Part shown: one piece after another, positions 25,384 through 38,520 of the stretch
How the letters are laid out: each line of letters begins with the position of its first letter
Numbering within the stretch: position 1 is the stretch's first letter
Assembly: GCA_028534125.1 (NCBI GenBank)
Contig: CM052817.1
Span: forward strand, 25,484,001-25,548,000
Origin: Lama glama
Lineage: Eukaryota
Direction of reading: 5' to 3'
Length of the DNA: 64,000 bases
Translations under genes and position numbers: made by a program
The notes under the pieces: generated by a model
Database searches by the model: none
What the model saw: the letters and a program-made list of their open reading frames with translations, nothing else
Told to the model about the DNA's origin: nothing

Positions 25384-25855
25384 TGTTATGGGCTCCATTG
25401 TGTCCCCTCATAAAGATACACTGAAGTCCTAACCCCCAGTACTTTGGGATGTGACCTTATTTGTAAACAGAGTCTTTAACAGAGGAAATCAAGTTAAAAT
25501 GAGATCATTAGATTAGACCCTAATCCAGTAAGACTGGTGTCCTTATAAAAAGGGGAAATGTGGACACACACAGAGGAAAGACAATGTGAAGAAACAGAGA
25601 CATAGGGAAGACACCGTGTGAAGAAGGCAGAAATCAGGGTGATGCTTCTGCAACTGAGGAATGCCAAAGATGGACAGCAAACCCCTAGAAGCTGGGAGAC
25701 AGGCATGGAACAGACCTCCCTCACAGCCAGCAGAAGGAAACTTGCAGACACCTTGATCTCAGAAGTCTAGGCGTACAGGACTACAAACAATAAACATCTG
25801 CTGTGAAGTCACCCAGAGTGTGGCTTTGTGGCATCAGCCCTTGGAAACTAACGCA
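25384..25855 (+). mobile_element. MaLR solo LTR (MLT1B/C-like)
   Basis: tgttatgggct...gaagtcctaacccccagtac...gtgaccttatttg...ggtgtccttataaaaagggg...aataaa...ggaaactaacgca. Confidence 0.9.
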
Positions 25856-26072
25856 CATTGAGTATTGACATATAACTTGGTAACTTTGCCAGAGTTCTCT
25901 CTTCTAGGAAGAAAAGCAGTAAGTGTCTTTCTTTGTCACTGTAAGCTCTCTGGAAAGGCCTTGAGGAGCTCCACTTCTCCTTTCACATTATAGATTTACA
26001 CACATGAGGGGGGAAATGAATAAGGAAGAAGGTTAAAGCAACGCAGAATACAGATTCTTTGTTATTTCACTC

Positions 26073-26130
26073 TGTGTGTGTGTGTGTGTCTGTGTCTGTG
26101 TGTGTGTGAGTGTGTCTGTGTCTGTGTGTG
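26073..26130. repeat. (TG)n/(TGTC) microsatellite
   Basis: Directly visible. Confidence 0.9.
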
Positions 26131-29100
26131 GGTGATTTGGACACGGAGGAGGTTGCCATAATAATGATAAGCAGTAACTGCCATTTATTGATCATTTACT
26201 TGTGTCAGATACAGTCCTGGGTCATTTAAAGATATTATCCCATTTAGTTCTAGGAAGAAAGTGTAGTGTTTCTTGATGTGAGGTCAATTCAGACCTGAGT
26301 TTGAATCCCAGTTCTGTTGCCTATTAGGTGTTAGGACTTGGTCATGTTCCTTAACCTCCGTGAGCCCTTTTTTCTCCATGAAATAATTTCTATTTTGTGG
26401 AATTTCTGTAAGATGAATGCAATAATATATAGATATATTGATTAGCCTATAGTAAGCCCACTAATACCCTTGTATTGTAAGCCCACTATATCCTTGTTGA
26501 AAAGAGAATGATCCCCAAAGCAATCATTTGTCAGTAGCACAGCTACATTTTATGTGAATTTGAGTTACATGTTTTTGAAATTGTGATACAAAACATAAGG
26601 TCTCATTTTATGCTCAAAATGAAAATTCACACAAATCTCCCAAATTAAAAAAGAAATCAAGAATTGCTCAACTTCAAAGCTGTTCAAACAAGTGAATTGC
26701 AAACCATGCCAGTTTGGTTCTAAAACAGAAATCCTCTCTTCCTTTTGTTAGTATCTTGTGAACTATGCTGCTGGTCACATGGCTCAGAAGTTTATCAACT
26801 TATTTTGGTGACAATTGTGCAGTTATTATAATTTAAATATGTTTTTACTATTCTATGACCATGTCATAAGAGCATTCATAATGTGGTGATGCAGAGAACA
26901 CCAAAAGCAAGGCATTTATTCCAGACTTTAGATGTCATCAAAACAGGCCAATGGGTGTCAATTTTTATGCTCTGGGAACATATCCCTCCATATCTGAAAG
27001 TTATTAATGTGGGATATATTGCTTTGAATTACATGAGTTTCGAATAACGCAAAGTCTTCAGGAATACACCCATTGCATAACATGAACCCACACTAAAGAT
27101 AGCATCACCTACTCCCAAGAACTCAAATATCCCAATGCACGTGGTGGCTGTATCTCTTGTTATGATTTACAATTGAAAGTTGATTTATACATCAGTCTCT
27201 AATGAGTTTGATTATTATAAGTCACCTCTGGAAATACTGAGGAAAATCGGTCTCCTGGTTTGTAAGAGGAGGGCCTGCCATTCAACACAGCAACCCAGTC
27301 CCTGGTAGGTGACAGCATCCAGCACATCCAGGTGGACCTCAGTCTCACTCTCCATTTCTACCACAACTTGGACAGAGAGGAGAGCCTCTGTGAGGCTAGT
27401 GGAAGCTGTACCGTGGCTGGCGCTATGAAGCCTGTAACAGCAGCTTCCTTCCACGTATTAATTATCTCCATATGTCAGGCACGATCCTAAGTACTTTACA
27501 GACGTTATCTCACTTTATTGACCCAACAATCCATGTGTACAGACAAAGGAGAAAACTAACGCATAGAAATGTTGAATAATGTGTCCAGGGTATTAATTAG
27601 GATGTGACAGAGATAATTGTTTCAATGTCCACACTTTAGTTTTAAATATTTCCATATATACAGTGTATTGCTTTGGTTAAGCAACAACTCAGATGGCCTA
27701 GTCTAGTGACTAATGGACAGTCTGGGGGTGGGGGGTGGTCAGCACCATTCGCATCAGGAAGCCTGTGCTCCGGGTTACTATACTGGCTTCAGCTATTTGT
27801 ATCTTGATCAATATCTAATGTGTTGCCAATCGGCATAGCAGGTGTCAGAAATGGCTTTCATTTGTGATCATAGTGAACAAGCATTCACTAGCCTGATGGA
27901 TTTTAGAAATGGGCTCTGATGGGAGTAATGGAAGGTATTTAAAACATGTGACTTGGCTAAAATATTTCAGAGATTACACCCTACAATTGCACAAATGAAA
28001 TAACCTAGACCCTTGACTCTTGTCACTTTCACCTTTAAGGATAAAGCTCTAGGCTAAACCCTTAACTGGTTCCATGCACAGCAGTGGATTCAGAGGATCC
28101 CGGCTCACTCTCCATCCAGTGCCAGCTCTAAAGGGAAGAGAACCCTGTGTCTGGGTGCTTGGTGAGTCTGCTTTAAATGACCTGGTCATGTAAGGTGGTG
28201 AATAAAGCACCTAAAGGGACAGAAAGCTGGGGCTTCCTTCAGGCTGAAGAACAGTTTACAGACACAGTTCTGGGCTTGTTTGTTAACAAATGTTTGCTTA
28301 ATAAATATTTACCTTTGTGGTGGAATTATAACCTGGTAGTGAGGTTGTGAGGAAGAGAGTCACTTATCCTCGCTTCAAACCCGCTGAGACTACAGAAGAA
28401 ACCCAGTGTTGTATCTGATCAAAGTGACTCAAGTCAGTTTCATCACTGGTTTTGAACCCAGAACTGTCTGTGTCCAGGAGCAGTGCTCTTAACCACTGGG
28501 CTAGAGTAAGACCATGACGGTTCAAAACCAAAATGAAAACAAAGCCCCCAAAACACCATGGCTATAATTTTTGGAACAATGAGTAGGTAAAACAGAAGAG
28601 AATAACCCAAGATTTTCAGAAATAACAACATAAAGTTAACTACAAATAGGGCCATACCCAAATGTTGCTATCTCTCAGAAACGACTGGCATGATTGAGGG
28701 GAGGATTGAAGGTCACCTCTTGTACTTTGCTCCAAGCCCCTACTGCCCTCACCTCTTTGGGTCAGTGTGTCAGAGATGACCATCACCTTGAACTCTGGGG
28801 CAAATGGAACTGGGCCGGCCCCAGCTCAGGTGTCATCAAAAGAAAGTTGGATGAGGTGCTTGTTATTAAGCATTGGCTACTTCTTGGAAAGTACTGACAT
28901 ATTTTGAAAACCAGAACACACACTCTCTTCAGGAAGCCTTCGTATTTATTGGAAGGGAGGGGAATTTGTTCCCTATTGAGAGTCGTTTCCCAGCTGCCAT
29001 GGCCTCTATCCCTGCCCTCGGCTTCCTCATCGCCCAGGTCTGGGTCCAGTCTCAGAACTTTCCAGCTTCCCCAGTTCTCCTCCCCAAGCCCAATGCACGG

Positions 29101-29279
29101 GGCCTTGACTAGATTTTGGACAGAATCTCTTCACTTCTGGTTTGATCAGTATCTTACAGAGAAGACTACCAAGTTATTCAAAACTCTGCTTGACAGCAGA
29201 GACTCTAAAATCGTCATTTTGACCCAGCTGTTGCCTTTCTTCTGCTGAGGTGTTGAATTATATTGATTTTTGAAAGAGA

Positions 29280-30030
29280 AATCAACCTTGAATTTCCAGA
29301 ATACACCCTTTTAATAAATAAACTTAGTCACGATGTTTTTATATTTTTCATACATACATACATGACTGGATTCAGCTTACTAATATTTTATTTTGGGTAT
29401 TTTCTTCTATGTGTGGGATTGGCCTATAATTTTCTTTACTTTTAATGCCCTTGTCGGATTTGGATACCAAGGATATGCTGGCCACTTGAAACAACTTGGG
29501 AATTGTTCCATCTTTTTCTGTTCTCCGGAATAGTTGGTGTAAAATTGGTCTTATTTCTTACTCAAAGTCTTGGTTAGATTTTCTGGTGAAGCCATTTCAG
29601 TCTGAACTTTTCTTTGTGGGAAGACTTCAACTAAAGATTCAGTTTTAAAAAGTATTTATAGGACTATTCCGATTCCTCATGTTCCTTTGGGAAGGTTATT
29701 TTTCTAAGAATTCACCCAATTCATCTATAATTTTTAATTGTATTGTTGTTTATAATATCATCTTGGATCTATTTAGTATCTAAGGAGGGGCCTCCATTTT
29801 CATCTCTAATATTAGTCCTTCTCTATTTTGCTCATGGTTAGTCTTCACCAGAGTTTCACTCTGGACCTTGCTGAATTTCTCTTTTGTACATTGTTTTCTA
29901 GTTCATTTTGATTTTATCTTTGCAATTTCCTTACCTATGTTTTCTTTGGGTATAATTTGCTGTTCTTTTCCTAATTCCTTGGGACCGTTTATAGATTTTT
30001 AGCTTTTCTTTTTTTCTAATATAAACATTT
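29280..30030 (-). mobile_element. L1 ORF2 fragment
   Basis: ggattggcctataattttc...ggataccaaggatatgctggcc...gtgaagccatttcagtctgaacttttctttgtgggaag. Confidence 0.8.
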
Positions 30031-30239
30031 AATAGAAATAAGACACCTAAGGAGATATAAAAGTCCTATAATAACAACCAAATTTAGTACCCTAAGGAAA
30101 ATATGAAACTCAAGACTGAGTCCAACAGGAGTTAATGCAGGTCAGATTATATTTTACCATTACCTTGTTTGAGTTCTACCACTCAGACATCCTGTTAAGT
30201 ACATCACTTACAGTTTTACCCCTGCCTCCACCAGTCCCA

Positions 30240-32330
30240 TCAAAATGGCAGTGAATGGGCTGAGAGAAAGCTATAAACTCACAAGGACCAAGGGAAAAGA
30301 AAGAAAAGAAAAGAAGTATTTCGGAAGCTGAAAGCATATGGACAAGTGACTATGGACATAGCTGATCAAAGGAAGCAGGAACTAGTGCTTACATTGGGAC
30401 AGCCTGGAAGCAGGCTGATCTGAGCCACAGAACCTTGGAAAGAATTAGGAGTTTGTGGCTTTGGGGTTAACAGTGAGGCTGAGAGCAGAAGACTGGTTAC
30501 CAGGCTATACAAGAAACAGAGACACCCTCCCATCTGTGCAAGATCTGTTGACCCTCTACCCCCAATCTCAGAAGTCCGGAGGCTGACTCTAAAGAATAGG
30601 ACAGAGAGACTCTGACAGCAGGGCAGGGAACCATATGGAAAACTGGGGATCAAGTGGAGTTCTACTTCCTAAACTGTGGCCGCCATTGCCTTCCCTCCAC
30701 TCCAGTCTCAGAATGCTGGTAGTCAAATCAGAGTCTTCTCTAGACTAAGAGAAAAGACCCAAGGAGACTAACAAATGGGAGTCTCCCAATGAAACAGCCC
30801 AGTAAGACCACCCTGCAGAAACTTCACCCATTGGCAAGCTCCCTGTAGCCCTCACTAGCACATGTGTGTGCACACACTCGTACGCACACGCGTGCGCACG
30901 CGCACACACACACACACAGAGCTTCCAAGCAGTTTTGTAGTGCGTCACTCTTAAATAGAAGATGGGAACTAAGAATGACCAAACATCTGGGAAAACTTTC
31001 TAATAAGAAAACTGAGATTGGAATAGTTTTTCAAAGAGTTCAGTAGAAACAGAAATCATGCAAGGAGCAGAAGAAAACATTAAAAAGCTATAATGAATAT
31101 CCTTAGAGGAAAAAAACAGAGGAAATTAGGAGGTTACCTAAATCCTCATTGAAAGACCAAAAATTGACTTCTTGGAAATTAAAATTATGACAACAGATAT
31201 GTAAAATACAACAGAAAGTTTGGAAGATAAAGTTTGGAAAATATCTCAGAAAGCAGAAGAAATATCAAAAATGGAAAATAGAAGAGGAAAAAATAAGAAA
31301 ATTTGAAGACTAGGCCAAAAATATAATATTCAAATAAAACAGGAGTTCCAAAAAGAGAGAACAGAGAAAATGGAGGGATTGAAATTATTCAGAAAATAAT
31401 TCAAGAAAACTCCTCAAAGCTGAAGGACGTGAGTTGTCATATTGAGAGGCCTCACTCAGTTCCCTGCATAAGGGTTTTTAAAAATCCCACACCTGCACAT
31501 ATCATAAAAGGTTGAAATCCCAAGGACAAAAAGGAGATTCTAAACACATTCAAAAGGCAAAATATCAGACTTCTCAACAGCTGCCCTAGATGCTAGAAGA
31601 GCAACGCCTTCAAATGACTACGGGAAAAATGTTTTCAACTTAACATTCTATACCCTGCTCAACTATCAACCAGGTATAAAGGTGAAATAAGTTTTTAGAC
31701 ATTCATGATCTGGAAGCTCCTAGAGGAAGGGCTCACACAAAATTAAAGTGTAAAGTAAAAAAAGAGGAGTTTTGTAGAAAAATTTGTGAAGGAAAAAAGG
31801 GGGATCCAATATAGAGGAGGGATGAAAGGAAATTCGAGTTTATAGCAAAAGGAAGTCCCAGGTGACAGCTGAGCAGCAGACGCACAGACTGAGGCAGCAG
31901 GAGGTGGGAGAGGACTGGGAAGGACACCTCCCTCCCAAATGTTTATGTTGTTAGAACGTATACAGAGGAGGTTTCCATTCCTGATGGAGGTTTTGGGAAT
32001 GATTTAGGTAGAAATACATAAAAAACTAAGCAAACAAACAAGAAAGAAAAACAAGATAATGATTAACTCCAGTAAAAACAAATAGCTGAACAAGAAAGAA
32101 ACGATGATCATAACATTCTTTGTGGCTCAACTATAGATAATTACAAAGTCATAATCATATAAACACTAAATATTGATCACAAACATTTATGATAGAAAAA
32201 TATTGGTCAGGAGGGGAAACTGTGTGTGTGTGTGTGTGTGTGTACAAAGGGGATATTGTAACAGACTGAAACCTAATGTTTTTGTAGTAGGAGGACAATT
32301 AAATAACAACTAAAATTGAAAAGTTAATAT
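30240..32330 (+). mobile_element. Old L1/HAL1 5'UTR-ORF1 region remnant
   Basis: A-rich ORF1-like sequence (ggagttccaaaaagagagaacagagaaaatggaggg...ataattcaagaaaactcc...tcagacttctcaacagc); contains (CA)/(CG) and (TG) microsatellites at about 30864-30918 and 32221-32243. Confidence 0.65.
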
Positions 32331-33619
32331 AACAACAACAGTGCCAGGAACTGCCAAAGTGTTTTCTATGAATTGATTCCTTTTAATGCTCACATCAACC
32401 TTATGAGGTTTTTAAATTCATTTTACAGACGAAGATGTGAAAAACAGCAGTATAAGCATGTGCTTTGGAAGTAAGGAAACAAACTCCAGAAGAAAAGGCC
32501 TCAAGAAAGAGAGCTCATCACCTCTGTGGAGAGGAAATCAGGGATGGAAAAAAGCGTATTGAGTTTTCCATAGAAGCCTTATAAACCATCTGACTTGTAA
32601 ACTTTGTACACGTTGAACTTTGATAGATTAAAAACTAGTTAATAAATGCATATTCATAATAAATTATTTTTAATTAAAAAAGCACCTAACTGTCATAACC
32701 ATCTCTCTGTGACTAACTCACAGAAAGTGGCTCTTAGACTTTGCTCCTGTCAGCCTAGATTCTGGCGATGTCTTTCCCTGTCCCACAGATCCCCGGCCCA
32801 GGGAAACTGCCATCAGCTGCCCCCCTTCATGGAAGCTGGGATTGCCATAGATTGACAACCACTCTTCTCCCAAGATGTTTAGCAAACGTGTGCACATACC
32901 CACGTGCATATCAATCAGATTCAAGATAGCTTAACCAAAACCAGCAATAATCATCATTACAGATGTTTTTTAAACTATGAAAGCCCCATGTAATCACTTT
33001 CCACCTAAATCATCTCTCTGGGAACTACGTGGTCACCTGCTTATTTTCTGAGAAGAAATCTACTAAACAAATAGACATAACAATAAAACCCAATTATAAC
33101 ATCTAGTTTTAATTAAAACACAAAATTAAACATTACATTTATTTTGGTCAGTTTTAAGGATGATGATCCCATTGATTATTTTTATGGAAAACAGTTGCTA
33201 ATTAATAAATGCCAAAGAGAGAGAGAGAGACTAAGAATAATGAATGCTGAATTCATTATTCAAACTGCCCTGGAGTCCTGGTTTTAATCTCATCCTAAGC
33301 CATTCATTTAGGGCTGTGCCTTTTAAGGCTGAAGTTTTTCACTGTCACTCAAGGCAGAAACAGAAGCCTCTTTAAATTATGTTAGAAACAGATCAGCTTC
33401 CAGATAACTTGCACTCCACCAAAGACAGAAAGGAAGGAAAGAATAAGTCCCGAGGTAAATTAACCCCTGATGTACGTGGTCAAATTTTATCCTCAAGCTC
33501 CAGTGCCCTGGTGCAAATCCTAAAAATTCCATCAATAATTGCACAGTTGATTTGTGAAGAGGTTGGGAAGGGGGAATCCCCAGGCTTTTTTAAAAATACG
33601 ATATTTAAAAGACCTCCCC

Positions 33620-34137
33620 TTTAAAAAAATAGTCTTTGTTTTTCAAAACAGGTTTAGGTTCATAGCAAAATTGAGTGGAAAGAAAAAAGAATTGAATGGC
33701 AAGTACAGAGATTTCCCATATCCCCTCACCCCCACACAAGCACAATTTCCCCCGCCATCAGCACCAGAGTGGTACATTCGTTATAACTGATGAGCCAACT
33801 TTGACACGACATTACCTCCCAAAGCCTGTAATTTACATTAGTGTTTGCTCTTAGGGTTGTACATTCTGTGGGTTTGGACAAATGTATAATAACATGTATA
33901 CACAACTGGAGTATCATGTAGAATTGTCTCAGTGCCCTAAAAATCCCCTGTGCTCTGCCTGTTCATGCCCTCCTCCCTAACTCCTGGCACCACTGATATT
34001 TTTTAATGTTTCCATAGTTTCACTTTTTTCAGAATGTCATATTAGTTGGAATCATATAATCTAGAGACTTTTCAGATTGACTTCTTTGACTTTTTAATAT
34101 GCTTTACATTCCTTCCATGTCTCTTCATGGCTTGATA
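33620..34137 (-). mobile_element. L1MC-like 3' end
   Basis: aggtttaggttcatagcaaaattgag...caccagagtggtacatt...ctgtgggtttggacaaatgtataat. Confidence 0.85.
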
Positions 34138-34339
34138 GGACCCTGATTTTTGAAAGTATCTTTTTTACTATAGTGTAGTAGATATTTATAAATATTTATG
34201 CCTTAAAACTAGATAAACACTATACACTTTCACCCATTTCCTGGAATAGTTCTTCTCTTTTCCAACTTCGAGGGAAGGTACAAGGATCTGATAGAACCCA
34301 TGGCCAACCTTTACTAACGTATTTAGTGTCTGTTATTGA

Positions 34340-34860
34340 CCACTGTTTCAATGCTATGGCTGCGTAACAAATATCCTTAATATTTCTTGGTGCAATACAA
34401 ACATTTATTATGCTACAGAATCCGTGGGTCAGGAGTTTGGATATGGCCCATCAGACATAACTTGTCTCTGCCCTGCAGTGTCCGAGGCCTCAGCTGGAGG
34501 ACTTGAAGGCTGGAGCGTGGAATCTTCTAAAGGCATATTTCCAAATGTCTGGCAGTTGAAGCTGGCTCCCTACATGGTTTAGTTTAGGCTTCCACACAAG
34601 CTGGTGCCTGGTTTCCAGGGTGAACATCCCAAGGGAGAGAACATCAGGCAGAAGCCTTATTCCTTTTTATAATCTGGCCTTGGAAGTCAGTCGTTCTGGA
34701 GACTCCTATTTATGGAGGCAGTCACAGGGCCCACCCTCCCCAACCCAAGTCTCAGGCGAGGGGAAACAGATGATGCCTGGTGGTGGGGAGTGGAAAGTTT
34801 GTGGAAGAACACATGAAACTGGAAATATCACGGTGGATATTTTTGGAAAATACAATCACC
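34340..34860 (-). mobile_element. MaLR LTR (MLT1-like)
   Basis: gctgcgtaacaaat...gggtcaggagtttgg...gcctcagctggaggacttgaaggctgg...tttttggaaaatacaatc. Confidence 0.7.
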
Positions 34861-36505
34861 TTTGTGTGGCAGGGGCTTTGCCAGGTCCTGGGAATTTGTA
34901 GTGAAAAAGCCATGGTTTCTGACCTCAAGACCAGAGAGTAGGTGAACAGGCAGTGCCACAAACATTTTAAGTTCTAGGGCAGTAAACAACCCAGCTGCTT
35001 CAGAAAAATGTCACAACCCAACTTTGGAGCTCAGAAAAGGTTTCTCAGGAAAATTCTTGCAGAATCTTATGCAAAATCTCCCCTGCATTTGTGAAAATAC
35101 AGTTGTATATCTGCTAGATCCCACTCCAACCCAGGCAACAGGGCCACATCTGGAAGCCACTAGCAGAGAAACTGTGGGTACACACCATCCACCTGAGCTG
35201 TCACCAGTCTTCCTCAGTCTCCCTGAGAAAGACACGATGCTGGCAGGAACCCTCCACATCTCCTTCAAGGTGGCAGTTGGACCCAAGCAGCGCAGAGGCA
35301 GTGGCTCTGAACTCTGGGGTCACCTGGAATTGCTGACAGAGTCAGCATGTCATAGAAACAGGTATGTTAGAATGAACTGTTCAAGCAGGTTGTGTTGAAA
35401 ATGGTCCGAGGTCAAAGATGGCAGAATCAGACGTGGGGTAATGTTTCAGTTAATACTTCCATTTCCGTTCCTTCAACATATTCCAGGCTTCAGAGAGACT
35501 CAGGAGAGCACTGTTTGGAAGAAACTAATCTAGTCTGCACCTTCATTTTACAGAGAGAAAACTGCAGCCAGAGAGATTCGAGGGATCCCCAGAAGATGGC
35601 CCCAACCCCCAGGGTTGCTTTGGGGTTTTTTTTACACAATGCAAAGCACTAGAAAACATTGCTTTGAAATGTGTGAGCAAGTGTCCAATGAGCAGGGGTT
35701 CTCGGGGGCGGCTACCAGTCAGTCAGTTCCCCAATTCATGAATTAGCATTTGAGTGGGATGCCACAGATGGACACAGAGGTGGGTGTCCCCGCTTCTCCT
35801 GAAGAGTCACCGCCCCACATGCTGAGGGGCCATTCCCCCCCCCCCGCCGCCCTGCAGCAGACTCAGTTCCCTCAGGGCTGAGGCAGCCAAGGCTGAAAGA
35901 ACGATGCAGCCTTTTAATTTGCTGTTAATTATCGTGGCCTGGTAACCCTTCCAAAGACCCTTCACGGAGAGTAGTTTCATTTTTCCACTTATTAACCTCA
36001 TTCACTAGACTGAAGAAAGAATTCCCATCCCTCAAGATCTCTCACTTTCATTCTTCTAATTCTTTTTTTTTTTTTTTTCTCCATCACCAGGAAAGTAATG
36101 TGTGTAAAACTGGAGCCAAGTATATTGTGGTTTCAAACACAAGCCTGTTTGGAGCAGCAGCCCGTGGGATTGTTGCGTTTCAGCCTCGGGGGCTGCCCCA
36201 GTGGCCTCGGTCTGTGAAAGGGAGGGGCCTGAATGGCCCTTTGATTCAGCCCAGATCTGGGGGCGGAGGGCGGGGGAGCAGGCCTGTCATTTGACACTCT
36301 CTGTTGGGCTTGGCCCTGGGCCTCTTTTCCTATTCAGCCCTCCCTGGAGCCTGCTGGCCTTTCTGAGGATGCCCTGACTTGGCTAGTTGCTGCAATGCCA
36401 GAAATTCCTCGCTGCTCGTGAAGGATACCAGCCATCCCGGGGGCTCGGTGAATTCCGAGCTTTGAGAATGCTGCTCTTCTTAAAGAAAGTTCCTCCTGCT
36501 ATTCT

Positions 36506-36535
36506 ACACACACACACACACACACACCCCACACA
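36506..36535. repeat. (CA)n microsatellite
   Basis: Directly visible. Confidence 0.9.
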
Positions 36536-36689
36536 CCCTGTCCTGCTTTAATAGGCCATTAACTGTGTGTTCGTGAGTTGATTTTTAAAGTATGTATTAT
36601 TCTTGATATTTGCATGGAAAACCTAAGACAATAAACAGACAAATTATTAGAACTGATGGAAGGGCTTAAAGAGGTTAAAAGACAAATAC

Positions 36690-36935
36690 AGTGTTGCGGT
36701 TATAGCTTTGGATATTGGATGAGTTTGAACCCCGGCTCTATCACTTACAATCTTAGACAATTTACTTAAGCTCTCTGCATGTCTCTGGAGTTCGGTTCCC
36801 TCATCTATAAATAGTTGTAATAATAAAACCTCCTTCACAGAGTCATTGTGAGATTGAATGCATTCCATACATATGAAATGCCTGGAACAGTGCCCGGTAC
36901 AGAGTGAGGATTATATAAATGTTAGCTATTATGAT
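36690..36935 (+). mobile_element. MIR SINE inside an old L1
   Basis: gagtttgaaccccggctctatcacttac...ctcatctataaata...cctggaacagtgcccggtacagagt...aaatgttagctatt. Confidence 0.8.
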
Positions 36936-37480
36936 AAATGTCATGGGCTTTGAGATCAATACACAAAATTCGATTATGTCCAATACGTGGCAGCAAATCG
37001 TTAAATGATATTTTTTAAAGATTGTATTTATATTATTCAAGATAGCATAAAGTAAGATATCTAGGAATATGTCTAACAAATGATGGCACACTTTAAGAAG
37101 AAAATTATAAACTTTTATTGAATGTAGTTAAAGACGAACCAAATAAGTGGAGGGATATTCCACGTTCACGGAGAGGAGGAGTTATTATCTTGAGGACTTT
37201 TTTCTCCCCACATTAATCTAATTCAAAGAAATTCCAAGCAAACACTGATGGGTACTTTTAGTCTGTGTATATATGGAACTTGACAAGCTGATTCTAAATG
37301 AAGATTAAAGAGCAAATAATTGAGAGGCGGAGTATCAGCACAGAGGCTGACAAACAAAATAGTGACACAGAATAGAGAGCCCGGAAAGACACTCCTGTAT
37401 TTATGGAAACTTGATATATGGCAAAGATGGTTTTACAGAGCAGTAGGAATAGGATAAGTTATTCAAAAAACAATGCTGGG

Positions 37481-37763
37481 AAATAGATCCAGACAAAGAA
37501 AACAAACTGTGGTTACCAGGTGGGGGAGGGGCCGAGGGATAGATTAGGAGATTGGGATTAGTAGATAAACATTACTATATATAAAATAGATAAGCAACAA
37601 GGACTTACTGTATACTGCAGGGAACTATATTCAGTTTCTTGTAATGAGCTGTAATGGAAAAGAATCTAAAATGTATGCATACGTAAAAATGAATTGCTTT
37701 GCTGTGCACCTGAAATTAACACTGTAAATGGACTACACTTCAATACAAAATAAAAATTTTAAA
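37481..37763 (+). mobile_element. 5'-truncated L1 3' end with 16-bp TSD, nested in an older L1 (about 36590-38050)
   Basis: TSD AAAAAACAA(T/C)GCTGGG at 37465-37480 and 37764-37779; body aacaaactgtggttaccagg...agggaactatattcag. Confidence 0.9.
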
Positions 37764-38055
37764 AAAAAACAACGCTGGGGCAACTGGTCAGCCATTAGCA
37801 AAAGCTCAAAATTGGATCCCTGCCTTACCTATACTCTGGAATAAAGACTTAAATGTGAAAAACACAATAAAGAAGAATATCCCTATGACGTTCCTGGGTC
37901 AAAGAAGAACTTTTTATTTGTTTTCTTTATCAGTTTTATTGAGATATAATTGACATATAGCAAAGAATTTCTTAAACAAGAGTTGGAACACACAAACCAT
38001 AAAGGAAAAGGTTGATACATTTGACTATGTTAAAATTAATTTTCTGCTTAACCAA

Positions 38056-38520
38056 GGTAGGTTAATGGTTCCAGCTTTACACTCTCTCCAGGTAATGGAA
38101 GAATAGAAATACATTGGTGCCCTTTCCATGGTGACTTAGCAGTGCCTGCTTATAGAGCAGGCAGAATAGGCATGTCTGTACAACCAAGTCAAGCTTGACC
38201 ATAGGACTTGCTTTGGCCAACAGGATGCAGAGTAACATACTTGATACATAACAGGGTAACATACCAAAGATACTAAGTGTGCTGGTGTGGTTTGCCTTAT
38301 AAGTTACCACCTATCATGAGAAGAGCATTCCCTCAGCAGTGGCTGCTGTCCTCAAATGAGAGCCATGTAGAACAGCCCCAATCAGACCTGAGTCTGAAAA
38401 CAGAACCAGCGTAGGCGACCAACAGACTGTCAGTTATGAACATAAAATTCTGTCACCACAAACCACTCAGATTTTGAGGGTGGCTTTTTATAATTATTCT
38501 AGCAATAGCTGAGTAGCACA
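38056..38520 (+). mobile_element. MaLR LTR relic (MLT1-like)
   Basis: gaccataggacttgctttggccaacaggatg...aaccactcagattttgagggtgg...tagcaatagctgagtagcaca. Confidence 0.6.
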
